64,000 bases of DNA, from positions 14,890 to 78,889 of IMG/VR virus record IMGVR_UViG_3300028131_000005. The stretch is one strand, 5' to 3'. This DNA comes from a virus. Made by a program: the position numbers and the translations under genes. Below the pieces are notes generated by a model that saw nothing but the letters and a program-made list of their open reading frames with translations, did no database searches and was not told the origin of the DNA. Shown piece after piece: positions 27,993 through 37,797 of this stretch. Every line of letters starts with the position of its first letter. The first letter of the stretch is position 1.

Positions 27993-29147
27993 ATGAGAAT
28001 TAAACCAATAAATGAATTCATGAATATTTTAGAAGCACAGCAGAATCTAAAATTAAATGTACCAAAAGATGTTAAAGACCTTCATAAACTTTTTAAGAAG
28101 AATAAAAGGGAATTATACATTGTTGGAGGAGCTGTCCGAGATGCACTTCTTGGCCAAAAACCAAAAGACTTTGATTTAGCAACCGATGCTAAGCCAGAAG
28201 AGGTTATAAAAATCTTAAAATCTGGAGGAGTTCCAACAATTGGAGAAGTTGGTCATCAGTTTGGAGTTGTAATTGCAAAAACACCAAGTTTTGCAGAAGG
28301 AATGGAAATTGCTACATTTAGAGAAGACATTGGAAAGGGTAGAAGACCTGATGCTGTAGAATACTCAACAATAGATAAAGATGTTCTTAGAAGAGACCTT
28401 ACAATCAATGCGTTGTTTTACGATATTGAAAGTCAAAAAGTAGTTGACCTGGTAGGAGGAGTTGCAGATATTCAAAGTAACACAATTAGAACAGTTGGTC
28501 GAGCTCAAGAAAGATTTGATGAAGACCCATTAAGAAAATTAAGAGCATTGAGATTTGCAGGTAGAACAGGAAGTAAACTTGAAAAGAATACAGCAGAGGC
28601 TATAATTAGCGATAACAGCTTAGAAGATATCAGTAGCGAAAGAATTAGAGACGAGTTTAAGAAATCTGTAGAAAGCGCAAAGTCTGCCAAGTTCTACTTA
28701 GATATGGTTTCGGAATTTAGTCTTTGGGGAGTAATGTTTCCCGGCTTGGAAATCAACAAAACATTTTTAGATACTAATAATTGGCTTTTGCAAATTACTC
28801 AGTTGTTTGGAGATAACCAAGAAGAACTTCTTAAAAAAGAATTAAATAAGATGTCTTTTTCAAATCAAGAAATAGATACAATTATATTCTTTAAAAGATT
28901 TTTAGAACTTAAACCAGAAACTGCGTTTCAATTAAGTAAGGAATGGAAAATTGCAAAATTAGATAAAAAATTACTTTTAGAATTTTCTAAGATAAATAAA
29001 CTAGACCTTAAATTAGTAAAGGCATTCTTTAAATACAAACCTTCTACGAATGGAGGTCAAATAATGAAAGAATTTGGTCTTAAAGGTTCTGCAATTGGAG
29101 ATAAAATAAAAGAAATAGAAACAGAAAAATTTAAAAAATTACTATAA
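27993..29147 (+). CDS. cca: CCA-adding tRNA nucleotidyltransferase (class II) with leader MRIKPINEFMNILE
   Basis: VGGAVRD, DFDLAT, EIATFR, RRDLTINA, EDPLRKLRALRF, ERIRDE; poly(A) polymerase activity cannot be excluded. Confidence 0.85.
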   Translation: MRIKPINEFMNILEAQQNLKLNVPKDVKDLHKLFKKNKRELYIVGGAVRDALLGQKPKDFDLATDAKPEEVIKILKSGGVPTIGEVGHQFGVVIAKTPSFAEGMEIATFREDIGKGRRPDAVEYSTIDKDVLRRDLTINALFYDIESQKVVDLVGGVADIQSNTIRTVGRAQERFDEDPLRKLRALRFAGRTGSKLEKNTAEAIISDNSLEDISSERIRDEFKKSVESAKSAKFYLDMVSEFSLWGVMFPGLEINKTFLDTNNWLLQITQLFGDNQEELLKKELNKMSFSNQEIDTIIFFKRFLELKPETAFQLSKEWKIAKLDKKLLLEFSKINKLDLKLVKAFFKYKPSTNGGQIMKEFGLKGSAIGDKIKEIETEKFKKLL

Positions 29148-29149
29148 AA

Positions 29150-30679
29150 ATGGCACAATTAATAAATAAATTTGAAAAAATTAATAGGTTTAAAGCAGGC
29201 GTCGACGTTGACGTTGTATTATTGCAAGAACCTACTGTAGAAACAGGAATTGAAAAAAGTGAAGGACAAACCGGTATTTTTGTTCACTCAGAAGGAGGAG
29301 AATATTCCGTTTATTTTTACAACACAGATACTTCTTCATGGGAATTATACGGTGCGGTTTCAGCTGAAAATACAAGTATTAATTTACAGTGGGCTCCTCA
29401 TCACAGTGCAGTTGCATTTACTACAACTATTCCAGAACATGTTTTTAGAGTTGTAGGTTTATCTGGTGATATTATTATAGATAGCGACTTAACAGATGGT
29501 ATTAGTAGTGAGGGAGATTCACTAGTTGTTAGTCAAAATTCTTATGCATTGAAAACTGTACAATTAGCGGCTTCAGCTGCTGTAAATTCTTCAATACCTT
29601 CATCCGGTAAATCTAAATGGTCAAATTGGATGGGTCAGGCTCCAGGTTTTCAAGCTGGAAATATGGAATATGGCGGAGCTTCAACTTATGGCGAGGCTAC
29701 ACAGTTAACATTTCATAAAGAAGATGCAAATGGAGACGACCAATCAACATTTTTAGACCAATATTTAAACGCAAAATCTGGTCAAATTAAAACAATACTT
29801 GATGCCAACCCTGGACATAACAATGTTTACCAAATAGTAGGAGCAAGTATAGATGCTAATGGAAATTATGTATTTGATGTATATAATGTATCGTATGACC
29901 AGATAGCAGTTAACACAGGAAGTACTGAAGTATATTTTGTACTTGTAGGAGCTGAAGGTGCTAAAGGAGACGACGGCGCTGATGGAACTTCAGTAAAATA
30001 TGCAACTACATTTAACGGTCCACATTCACTAGGTGATGATAGAAATCCAGGTAATGTAACATTAGGTTCAGTAACTGTAGATACTGGTTTATCTTACCAA
30101 AGTGGTGATTATGCTATAGTATCTTTAGATGCTGGTCCAGATAATTTTGATATAGTACAAGTAACTTCATATGATAGTGCTACTGGTGTAATAACATGGA
30201 ATAACATTTATCAAAGTACACAATCTTCATTTAGTTCTAATTGGAATATCAACTTAACTGGTATACCAGGACTAAAAGGTGATGATGGTGCAACAGGACC
30301 TCAAGGACCTGCTGGGGCAGATGGAAACAATGCATATACAGATAGTGATGTTGCAGACTACCTTAATGGTAATTTAGATGGACATATTATTCCAAGCGCA
30401 AACGCACAATATGATTTAGGAAATGCAGAATATAAAATCAGACACCTTTTCTTAAGTGATAACTCAATGTATATTGGAGATACTTGGATAAAGGCCGAAG
30501 GCGATCAGATAAAAACGCCTAATCTACTTGTGGGTGATATTAACCTAAATAATGAAGGAAGAGAAAATGAAGTAGATGGTACTTCTGGACACTGGTCGAT
30601 TCAAGAAGGTTCTGACGATTTATTTTTAATTAATAGAAAAACTGGTAAGAAATATAAGTTTAATCTTACTGAAATGTAA
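29150..30679 (+). CDS. Virion fibre-like structural protein with short collagen-like repeats
   Basis: GXY stretches; C-terminal WSIQEGSDDLFLINRKTGKKYKF domain of the kind seen in phage fibres. Confidence 0.65.
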   Translation: MAQLINKFEKINRFKAGVDVDVVLLQEPTVETGIEKSEGQTGIFVHSEGGEYSVYFYNTDTSSWELYGAVSAENTSINLQWAPHHSAVAFTTTIPEHVFRVVGLSGDIIIDSDLTDGISSEGDSLVVSQNSYALKTVQLAASAAVNSSIPSSGKSKWSNWMGQAPGFQAGNMEYGGASTYGEATQLTFHKEDANGDDQSTFLDQYLNAKSGQIKTILDANPGHNNVYQIVGASIDANGNYVFDVYNVSYDQIAVNTGSTEVYFVLVGAEGAKGDDGADGTSVKYATTFNGPHSLGDDRNPGNVTLGSVTVDTGLSYQSGDYAIVSLDAGPDNFDIVQVTSYDSATGVITWNNIYQSTQSSFSSNWNINLTGIPGLKGDDGATGPQGPAGADGNNAYTDSDVADYLNGNLDGHIIPSANAQYDLGNAEYKIRHLFLSDNSMYIGDTWIKAEGDQIKTPNLLVGDINLNNEGRENEVDGTSGHWSIQEGSDDLFLINRKTGKKYKFNLTEM

Positions 30680-30698
30680 AAAACCAAATATATAAGTT

Positions 30699-30929
30699 AT
30701 GGAAAAATGGAAACAAATATTCGAAGAGACATTAAATGAAGAAGTTAAGTCTCCTAAAGGCTCAAAAGCTCGTCAATTACAATTTATGTTAGATAGAGCA
30801 ATTAATCTTATAGATGAGAATTTAGACTACAAAGAACTTGCAGCTGCAGTTGCACTACAATTAGAAGATACTTATGGAGAACATAATTATAAGCCATTTT
30901 TAAAAGAACTAGAAAAGCAATTAAAATAA
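30699..30929 (+). CDS. Small protein with capsid-targeting-like leader (MEKWKQIFEETLNE)
   Basis: Leader plus AATATATAAGTTATG upstream. Confidence 0.6.
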   Translation: MEKWKQIFEETLNEEVKSPKGSKARQLQFMLDRAINLIDENLDYKELAAAVALQLEDTYGEHNYKPFLKELEKQLK

Positions 30930-31546
30930 TGAAGCATTTAAAAGAATTTGCAGCTTTTTCTAAGCAAGGAAAACATTTAGTTGATACTGCAACAGGACTT
31001 CCGTTAAAAGCACTTTCATTAGATGCAGTAAATGACAACATCACTGTGTTTTTTAATGAGAAGCAGAATATAATGTTTCCAGCTGGAAAGGTACTTGCAT
31101 ATTTTCATGATGAAAAATGGTTACCTTTATATGATGAAGGTAAAGCTGGAATTTTGATGTTTAACCCGATGAGAGGAAGTCTTAGTCAATATGGGGCGTC
31201 ACCTATCACAGATATTTGGAAAAAGAGTTATAATAAAAGAATTGAAAATTCAGAAATGATATGGTCTTGTATAGAGGGACAGGTAACTGAAGGATATCTT
31301 ATTATTGAAATGATGAGTACCAGACCAGGTTATAAGAGAAATAGCATTAATAAGAAAATGTTAGATGCCATTAGAAAAGACCATAAAGAGCCACTTGTTT
31401 GGGACTCTCCAACTGAGGACGGACTTAAATTCATAAAAAGTTATAGTGGAGATGATGCTAAGTTCTGGTTTGCTGGCAAATACGGAAGACCAAAGAACTT
31501 TTTAAAATTATACCCTGATGGGGAAGAAAGAGTTATAGAATTTTAA
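30929..31546 (+). CDS. GNAT-like acetyltransferase with MKHLKEF leader
   Basis: IEMMSTRPGYKRNSI (motif A-like) and SPTEDGLKF. Confidence 0.5.
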   Translation: MKHLKEFAAFSKQGKHLVDTATGLPLKALSLDAVNDNITVFFNEKQNIMFPAGKVLAYFHDEKWLPLYDEGKAGILMFNPMRGSLSQYGASPITDIWKKSYNKRIENSEMIWSCIEGQVTEGYLIIEMMSTRPGYKRNSINKKMLDAIRKDHKEPLVWDSPTEDGLKFIKSYSGDDAKFWFAGKYGRPKNFLKLYPDGEERVIEF

Positions 31547-31585
31547 AAACTCTTGAAAACTTTTTGAAATCTGGATGAAAATAAT

Positions 31586-31635
31586 TCACTCCAGATTTTT
31601 TTATGTCGTTTTTTATTGTTATATTTATACTATAA
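31586..31635 (+). promoter_or_regulatory. Class I promoter motif
   Basis: Near-identical to the 6286 copy, including the downstream TAATTAATTAATCAAAACAA. Confidence 0.7.
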
Positions 31636-31657
31636 TTAATTAATCAAAACAACAACA

Positions 31658-31972
31658 ATGAAAATGACACAAGAATTTAAAACACAAACATTAGGATTCG
31701 CCGGAACTATCTGTGAAGTACGGAGAGAAAAGTACGCAAACGGTCAAAACTGCCTAAGATTGGTAGATTCAGAAGATGGATTTACTTTTTGCACAGCATC
31801 TGTAGCCTTAGAACATGAGATGGTCAATATCGACGAGAATGATGTTATAATAAAAAACTATAGCGAGAACGAAGGTATTCTTACAGCACTAATAAATGCT
31901 GGTATTATTGAAGAACCACATAGAGCATTTTCATATAATTACGTTACATTATATGTTTGCAAATTAAAATAA
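31658..31972 (+). CDS. Hypothetical phage protein
   Basis: Y.NG..., IKNYSENEGIL.ALI.AGII motif. Confidence 0.6.
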   Translation: MKMTQEFKTQTLGFAGTICEVRREKYANGQNCLRLVDSEDGFTFCTASVALEHEMVNIDENDVIIKNYSENEGILTALINAGIIEEPHRAFSYNYVTLYVCKLK

Positions 31973-32141
31973 AAATTATGAAACAGTACACTCAATTGTC
32001 AATAAATGAAAAAATACAAATTAAGCAATATGCTATTAATTTATATGGTAAGAGGTGGCATACAGCAGTACCTAATTTTATTAACAGATTAAATGAGTTA
32101 CAAATTCACACAATTTTAAACTAAAAATAATTGAAAATAAT

Positions 32142-32191
32142 TCACTCCAGATTTTTTTATGTCGTTTATAATGATTATATTTATACTGTAG
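32142..32191 (+). promoter_or_regulatory. Class I promoter motif
   Basis: TCACTCCAGATTTTTTTATGTCGTTTATAATGATTATATTTATACTGTA. Confidence 0.7.
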
Positions 32192-32225
32192 TTAACAATT
32201 AATAATAACCTTTAAAACACACAAA

Positions 32226-32444
32226 ATGAACCAAACAATTCAACACTTTTTAGACCAAATAAGAAAAGGTCAATATAAAGCAGCAGCTCAAATTTACTTT
32301 AATAGAGCGTATCAGTACAAAGCAGAATTCGATGAAATCCTAAATAACTGTTTTCTCGATCCTTATTATAACGGCGTAAAAGAAGTTGTTATGTTAGAAC
32401 TAAGAAATTTAGAATCTTACGGAGAATATAACGACCAAATATAA
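32226..32444 (+). CDS. Hypothetical protein
   Basis: ORF after a class I motif. Confidence 0.55.
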   Translation: MNQTIQHFLDQIRKGQYKAAAQIYFNRAYQYKAEFDEILNNCFLDPYYNGVKEVVMLELRNLESYGEYNDQI

Positions 32445-32449
32445 TAGAC

Positions 32450-32665
32450 ATGATCAGAAAGAAACAACCCAACAGAGAAATCATCATAGACCTAACAGGT
32501 CCAGATGGAAACGCATTCGTACTACTTGGAAAGGCTAGAAGACTGGCTAAGCAACTAGGAATACCACATCAACCAATCGAAGACGATATGATGTCAGGAG
32601 ATTATGAAAACCTTTTAGAGGTATTTGATAAAAACTTCGGATCATTCGTAATTTTAGAAAGATAA
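32450..32665 (+). CDS. Conserved-looking phage protein (DLTGPDGNAF motif)
   Basis: IDLTGPDGNAFVLLG...M.SGDYENLL.VFD. Confidence 0.6.
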   Translation: MIRKKQPNREIIIDLTGPDGNAFVLLGKARRLAKQLGIPHQPIEDDMMSGDYENLLEVFDKNFGSFVILER

Positions 32666-32682
32666 TTTAAAAACAAATAAAA

Positions 32683-32871
32683 ATGATAAAAGAAAGATTA
32701 GTATCAGTAGAAGAGAGACAATCGATTTTAGATCGAATTCAAACGGCATTAGTAGTTGGTAATTATCCGACTTCAGCTAACGACCCTCTTATGAAAGACT
32801 TACAAAGGTTGATAACAGATGCAACCGAAAAAGTAATTAATAAAAGACTTAATAATTTAAAAATCAAATAA
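32683..32871 (+). CDS. Hypothetical protein
   Basis: ORF track. Confidence 0.45.
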   Translation: MIKERLVSVEERQSILDRIQTALVVGNYPTSANDPLMKDLQRLITDATEKVINKRLNNLKIK

Positions 32872-33196
32872 AAACAGAAACCATGAAAAAAGAACAACAA
32901 TTAGACGACACCTCAATTTTTAAGCTTATTAAGGAGCTAGCTAAGAAGTATCCAAATGATGCAGATTTAGGAGGCGCAATACGACTAGCAATTATTAACA
33001 CAAAACCAATATTATGATAACATTCGGAGCATACTTTTTAATGGGTTCATCAATACTTTTAATGGGTATTGCAATAGGTTCCCAAAGAGAAAACACAAAA
33101 TGTCAGAAAAAATTAGGCATGAGCCATAAAGAATGGCAAGATCTGTGGGAAGAAGAAGATTTCACAGAAAGATATCAAAAACTTAATAAGTAAATT

Positions 33197-33439
33197 ATGG
33201 AAGACCTCAAATTCAAAAACATAGACCTAGCAGAAACGCTAAAAATATTAAAAACCATTTGCATGTATACTACAATAGCAATATTCTCATTATGGGCAAT
33301 GTACTCGGTAATATCATTCGCAGTATGGTTTTTTACAATGATGTTTCTCTATCCAACAATAGCACTGGTTGTTTTGTTAGGAGGATTCTTAGCAATGTTA
33401 GGAATTACAAGAATGATAGAAATTTACAATAACAAATAA
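33197..33439 (+). CDS. Small membrane protein
   Basis: Two hydrophobic segments. Confidence 0.5.
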   Translation: MEDLKFKNIDLAETLKILKTICMYTTIAIFSLWAMYSVISFAVWFFTMMFLYPTIALVVLLGGFLAMLGITRMIEIYNNK

Positions 33440-33596
33440 AAACAAAAACAAATGAAAATATTTTTAACTTTAATGGTATTCTGGTGTTTAACAATGACAG
33501 GATACTACTACATCACAGAACCAGAAGCAGCAGGCACAATTACATGGTGGGCAATGCTAACCCTATTTAATAATCAAAATCTAATAAAATTACATA

Positions 33597-34109
33597 ATGA
33601 AAAAAACGAAAAATAGATTAGAATACAGAATGTACGGATTGGTACCATATAACATTAGCCCAATTCAACAAGGAATTCAATTCGGCCATGCAGTAGTAGA
33701 ATATGGTTTAGAACATGGAAGAACACGTGTAATTAATGATAAAGTTTGTACTTATACTCAATGGGCAAGAAATGATAAGACATTCATTATCCTGAATGGT
33801 GGAACAACTAGTACCAATCCTGAATCTCCAGGTACATTGAATTACGCAGAATCTGAATTATATTCAATGGGTGTTCAATTGTCAACCTTCCATGAACCAG
33901 ATCTTGGAGACCAATTAACTGCCGTAGTCTTTTTAGTAGATGAGCGAGTTTGGAACAAAGAGAAATATCCTGAATGGGATGGAACTCATAGGGGCCAAAA
34001 GGTACAAACCGGTTTGGGCCCAATAGCACATTACAAAAACCTCTTTGGCGAGGATGCAACTTGGGTATTAGAAATGAGAGAATTCCTTTCTAGATTCAAA
34101 CTAGCCTAA
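33597..34109 (+). CDS. Peptidyl-tRNA hydrolase (Pth2-like)
   Basis: QGIQFGHAVVE, KTFIILNGG, FHEPDLGDQLTAV. Confidence 0.65.
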   Translation: MKKTKNRLEYRMYGLVPYNISPIQQGIQFGHAVVEYGLEHGRTRVINDKVCTYTQWARNDKTFIILNGGTTSTNPESPGTLNYAESELYSMGVQLSTFHEPDLGDQLTAVVFLVDERVWNKEKYPEWDGTHRGQKVQTGLGPIAHYKNLFGEDATWVLEMREFLSRFKLA

Positions 34110-34276
34110 TAGAAACATTTTAAAAACCGTTAATATAAAATATATGTTTAAAAACAAAAGAATATCAGAAGTGATGCCTCATCTAGAATCAGTTGCTAGA
34201 GACCATGGTCTTAAGTTGAATCTAGTTAGAGATTTTAAAATAGCAAAAAAACTTTTATTAATTAGATATTTGTCTT

Positions 34277-34765
34277 ATGGTAATTTTAAATAGAATAAAT
34301 CTTTGCCTTACTTTTTTATACATTCCACTTTTTCCAATTGGAGAAAACTTTAAATCTTCAATTGTTATTGAAAGAGAAGAGAAGATAGAAGTTGTAAAAG
34401 TTGTAGAGGTAATAGAAGAAGAATCAAATCTTTTAGAAGCAATGATTCAAGTAGAGAGCAGAGGAAATGAAGCTGCAGTTGGAGATACTCACATGGACGT
34501 TCCATCAATTGGAGTTTTACAAATTAGACCTATTATGGTTAAAGAAGTAAATAGAATTCTTGGAAAAGAAGTATATACTTTAAAAGACCGGGCTAGCAGA
34601 GAAAAATCAATTGAAATGTTTGAGGTTTGGAAATACCACCACCATAAAAATTCAAGCGATGAAAAAATAGCAAGATGTTGGAATGGAGGGCCCTTAGGAT
34701 ATAAATATTCAGGGACAGATCATTATTGGGCTAAAGTTCAATCGGAGATGCAAGTTAGTAGGTAG
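34277..34765 (+). CDS. Lysozyme-like / lytic transglycosylase with N-terminal signal or anchor
   Basis: MIQVESRG (catalytic Glu), GVLQI, ARCWNGGP. Confidence 0.75.
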   Translation: MVILNRINLCLTFLYIPLFPIGENFKSSIVIEREEKIEVVKVVEVIEEESNLLEAMIQVESRGNEAAVGDTHMDVPSIGVLQIRPIMVKEVNRILGKEVYTLKDRASREKSIEMFEVWKYHHHKNSSDEKIARCWNGGPLGYKYSGTDHYWAKVQSEMQVSR

Positions 34766-34840
34766 GTCCATGTAACCGGCCAGCATATAAAAACGCCACT
34801 AATAAAAAAGATATATAATTAATAAAAATAAATTAAGAAA

Positions 34841-36847
34841 ATGAGTAGAGTTTTAACGTCAGAGGCATTTATGTTAGTCAACGGTTTAGATATTCAACAT
34901 TCAGGAGAATGGGAAGATTATTTAGAAATGAATGCACAGATAAATGGTTTAACAAGGGAAGAATATGCAGCATACTATTTAAACACACAATGGCAAATGC
35001 AGTGTATGGAAAGTATTGTTACTTTATTTGAAGCTAAAAAAGTTACAAGAAAGCAATTAGATAAGGCTCTTGGCGAAATCACAAGAATTACTCAAGATTT
35101 GAAAGCAACCGTTCTTTTATGGAAAGATGCTAAAGAAAATGGAAATGGTGCTAAAGAAAAAGAACATTTAGATACTTTAAAGAAATTAAATGCTGAGAAG
35201 AAAGAAGCAGAGAAAGAAGTAGAAGGGTTTATTAAAGGACTTGATAAGAATGTAGAATTAGACATGTCAGAATCTGTTAATGAAGGTTTTAGCGCAAAAG
35301 AAAAATCTTCGGTCGAAGCTATTACAGTAGCTGTTGAAAATTGGTTAGGTGATTATGACAACGTTGAAGATTTCAGAGAGTTTGCAACCCATTCTACACA
35401 TAAAGATTCGAAAGAAAAGGAAAAGATAATAGCAAAAGCTTTATCTAAACTTCGAATCATGAATTTTGATGATGGTGAAAAAGAGCCACATGAGTATTTG
35501 ATTAAGAAAAAATCTAAAGAATTAACAAAACATATTGCAATGGAGCTTGGTCAAGCTTGGGAATCAAAAGTTAATGAAGGTACTGAAGTTACCAAAGATA
35601 TGTGGGACAAAGAATGGCCACTTAAAAAAGTATTTGGAAAAGAATACGAGGCTAATTTCGCAAAAAGAGTAGAAGCAGCAATGTCAAAAGCTAAAGACGA
35701 AGAACAAGCTGAAGAATGGGCTTATAAAAACTTTAAACAACTTCCAAACCCTGCAAAAGGAATGACTATCGAAGAATCTGTATTTAACGAAGCTAAATTT
35801 GTGAGCCACTATGCGCCTGGAGATGAATTTATGCGAAAAAAAATCAAAAGTATAGAATTGATTGATAAGAGAAAAGAAATTTATACTATAACATACGTAG
35901 ATGGAGAAACTCAAAATGTTCAAGCAGGTACAGGAATGCAATTTCACGTAAAACGACTTTTTGATGAATCAATTGTGAATGAGAAAAAAGGAGGCCCATG
36001 GCCAGAACAATTAGAAAAAGGTTTAACCCACTGGGGTCACAAAAAAGGAAGTCATGTCAGAGAACTTAAAACCCTTCCTTGTAGAATTGGAAGAAATGCA
36101 AATGATTATGGTGGACCTAACCATGCACAAGAACTTGCAGACCTTAATATGAAAGACCCAATGGTTAAGAAATTCTTTAAGCCTAAATTTAAAACTAGAG
36201 CAGATGGAAATTATGTAAATGACTATGTTGAACTAATTCCTAAAAAGGGTTATTTATATAAATTATTTGTAGGTACTGGAGGATTTGAATATTTCTGTTT
36301 AGCGATTAAGCCAGGAGAGGTTTACATATTTAGAAAATATGACCGAGCATATAACCAATATGAATATTTCCAGCATGAAGAAGGTATGTCAACAAGATCA
36401 GGAGTATTTGATTTTAAAAGACATAGAGAAGAAGAGCAATGGAAATGGAATAAACAAGAACCAGAAAGCGCTAGTCATATCGTAAAAGTTGGATGGGGAA
36501 TCATGGATATTGGTCTAGAGTATACTCAATTAGAACTTCCATTCGAGCATCTAAAAACTTATGAAAGTTTTGTTACTGAAAAAAAAAACCTAACTAGTGA
36601 AATTAAAGACGCATTAGAAAATGGTTTAGTTAATGTTGGAGGAGACAGGGTTAAAGTTTCTGTTACAAATAAAAACCAATATAAAATTTATCCATACGAC
36701 TCTCTTAGTGATGGTGATTGGACAAAAGCAGATTTACGAGATAATTTCAAAGATTTAGTTGACGACCTTAATTTTGCATTTAATGGGAAATACGCATTTT
36801 CACCAATTGATGTTACTAATAAAGAATGGATAATAGAATTACTCTAA
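34841..36847 (+). CDS. Modular putative virion polyprotein (668 aa) with ES(x)VNE linkers
   Basis: ESVNE, ESKVNE, ESVFNE, ESIVNE and HLKTYESFVTE separate unrelated segments; GATATATAA at 34810. Confidence 0.6.
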   Translation: MSRVLTSEAFMLVNGLDIQHSGEWEDYLEMNAQINGLTREEYAAYYLNTQWQMQCMESIVTLFEAKKVTRKQLDKALGEITRITQDLKATVLLWKDAKENGNGAKEKEHLDTLKKLNAEKKEAEKEVEGFIKGLDKNVELDMSESVNEGFSAKEKSSVEAITVAVENWLGDYDNVEDFREFATHSTHKDSKEKEKIIAKALSKLRIMNFDDGEKEPHEYLIKKKSKELTKHIAMELGQAWESKVNEGTEVTKDMWDKEWPLKKVFGKEYEANFAKRVEAAMSKAKDEEQAEEWAYKNFKQLPNPAKGMTIEESVFNEAKFVSHYAPGDEFMRKKIKSIELIDKRKEIYTITYVDGETQNVQAGTGMQFHVKRLFDESIVNEKKGGPWPEQLEKGLTHWGHKKGSHVRELKTLPCRIGRNANDYGGPNHAQELADLNMKDPMVKKFFKPKFKTRADGNYVNDYVELIPKKGYLYKLFVGTGGFEYFCLAIKPGEVYIFRKYDRAYNQYEYFQHEEGMSTRSGVFDFKRHREEEQWKWNKQEPESASHIVKVGWGIMDIGLEYTQLELPFEHLKTYESFVTEKKNLTSEIKDALENGLVNVGGDRVKVSVTNKNQYKIYPYDSLSDGDWTKADLRDNFKDLVDDLNFAFNGKYAFSPIDVTNKEWIIELL

Positions 36848-36912
36848 AATAATCCCATATCAAATCTATCTTAAATATATTTTAGATATATAAAAGAAAA
36901 GATAGATTGATT

Positions 36913-37290
36913 ATGCCAGACAAATCAAATGCTGAATTAGTAAAAGAATTAATTGATGCCTTTACGGACTTAAAGACTAAAATTGAAGACCCAAATAGAG
37001 TTTATTTAGAAAGTTCTATAAAACAGCTTATCGAAAACCAAAACGATATGAAGGAAGCTATTTCAGGTTTAAAGAAAGAAATCTTAAATCCATATAGTGG
37101 GGTTGTTGTAGAAACAATCAAAAACACAGAATTCAGACAGAAAATGGAAGAAAAGGGAGACCTTGGAATCGATCTATTAACAGAGCACAAAGAACTTATG
37201 AAGTGGAAAAGCCAAATCACAAAGATGGGATGGATGGTTATAACTACTTTATTAGGTATGTTGGCTTTTTTAATAACAGGAAACTTTTAA
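36913..37290 (+). CDS. Coiled-coil protein with C-terminal TM (possibly holin or lysis accessory)
   Basis: C-terminal hydrophobic helix. Confidence 0.45.
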   Translation: MPDKSNAELVKELIDAFTDLKTKIEDPNRVYLESSIKQLIENQNDMKEAISGLKKEILNPYSGVVVETIKNTEFRQKMEEKGDLGIDLLTEHKELMKWKSQITKMGWMVITTLLGMLAFLITGNF

Positions 37291-37291
37291 G

Positions 37292-37795
37292 ATGGTTGCA
37301 GATAGAATATCATTAATAACAATTTATAGGTCTCTTTTACCGATCGATAGAAATGACGGTAAAATAGAGTCTATTTTGTTGAATAGAAAAAACGACTATG
37401 GAACAAAATCAATTCCTAAGTTTAATTCATTAGAAGAACTTAAGGAATTTATAGATTCATTTTATCCATACGTACCAGCATCAAATTGTAATTGTCTCAC
37501 TAGTAATGAGGGAATATATAATTTAGTAAGTTTTAGTTTTAAAAACAAGGGAGAGCTTGTTTATGTAAACAATCTTCCAAATAGATTTGAAACTGCCAAA
37601 CCAGATAAAATCAATAATATTCATTTTAAAGGTTTAACTAAGATAAAATCTATAAATGTAGAACTTAATAAACTTTACGGAGAATATGTTTGTTTTCCTT
37701 ACATAGAATATGGTTACATTGGATGTGATTATATTGAGATGGTAACAAATGAAAGATACGACGACTTAATAACACTATACAAAAAAATAAAATAA
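37292..37795 (+). CDS. Hypothetical protein
   Basis: ORF track. Confidence 0.5.
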   Translation: MVADRISLITIYRSLLPIDRNDGKIESILLNRKNDYGTKSIPKFNSLEELKEFIDSFYPYVPASNCNCLTSNEGIYNLVSFSFKNKGELVYVNNLPNRFETAKPDKINNIHFKGLTKIKSINVELNKLYGEYVCFPYIEYGYIGCDYIEMVTNERYDDLITLYKKIK

Positions 37796-37797
37796 AA

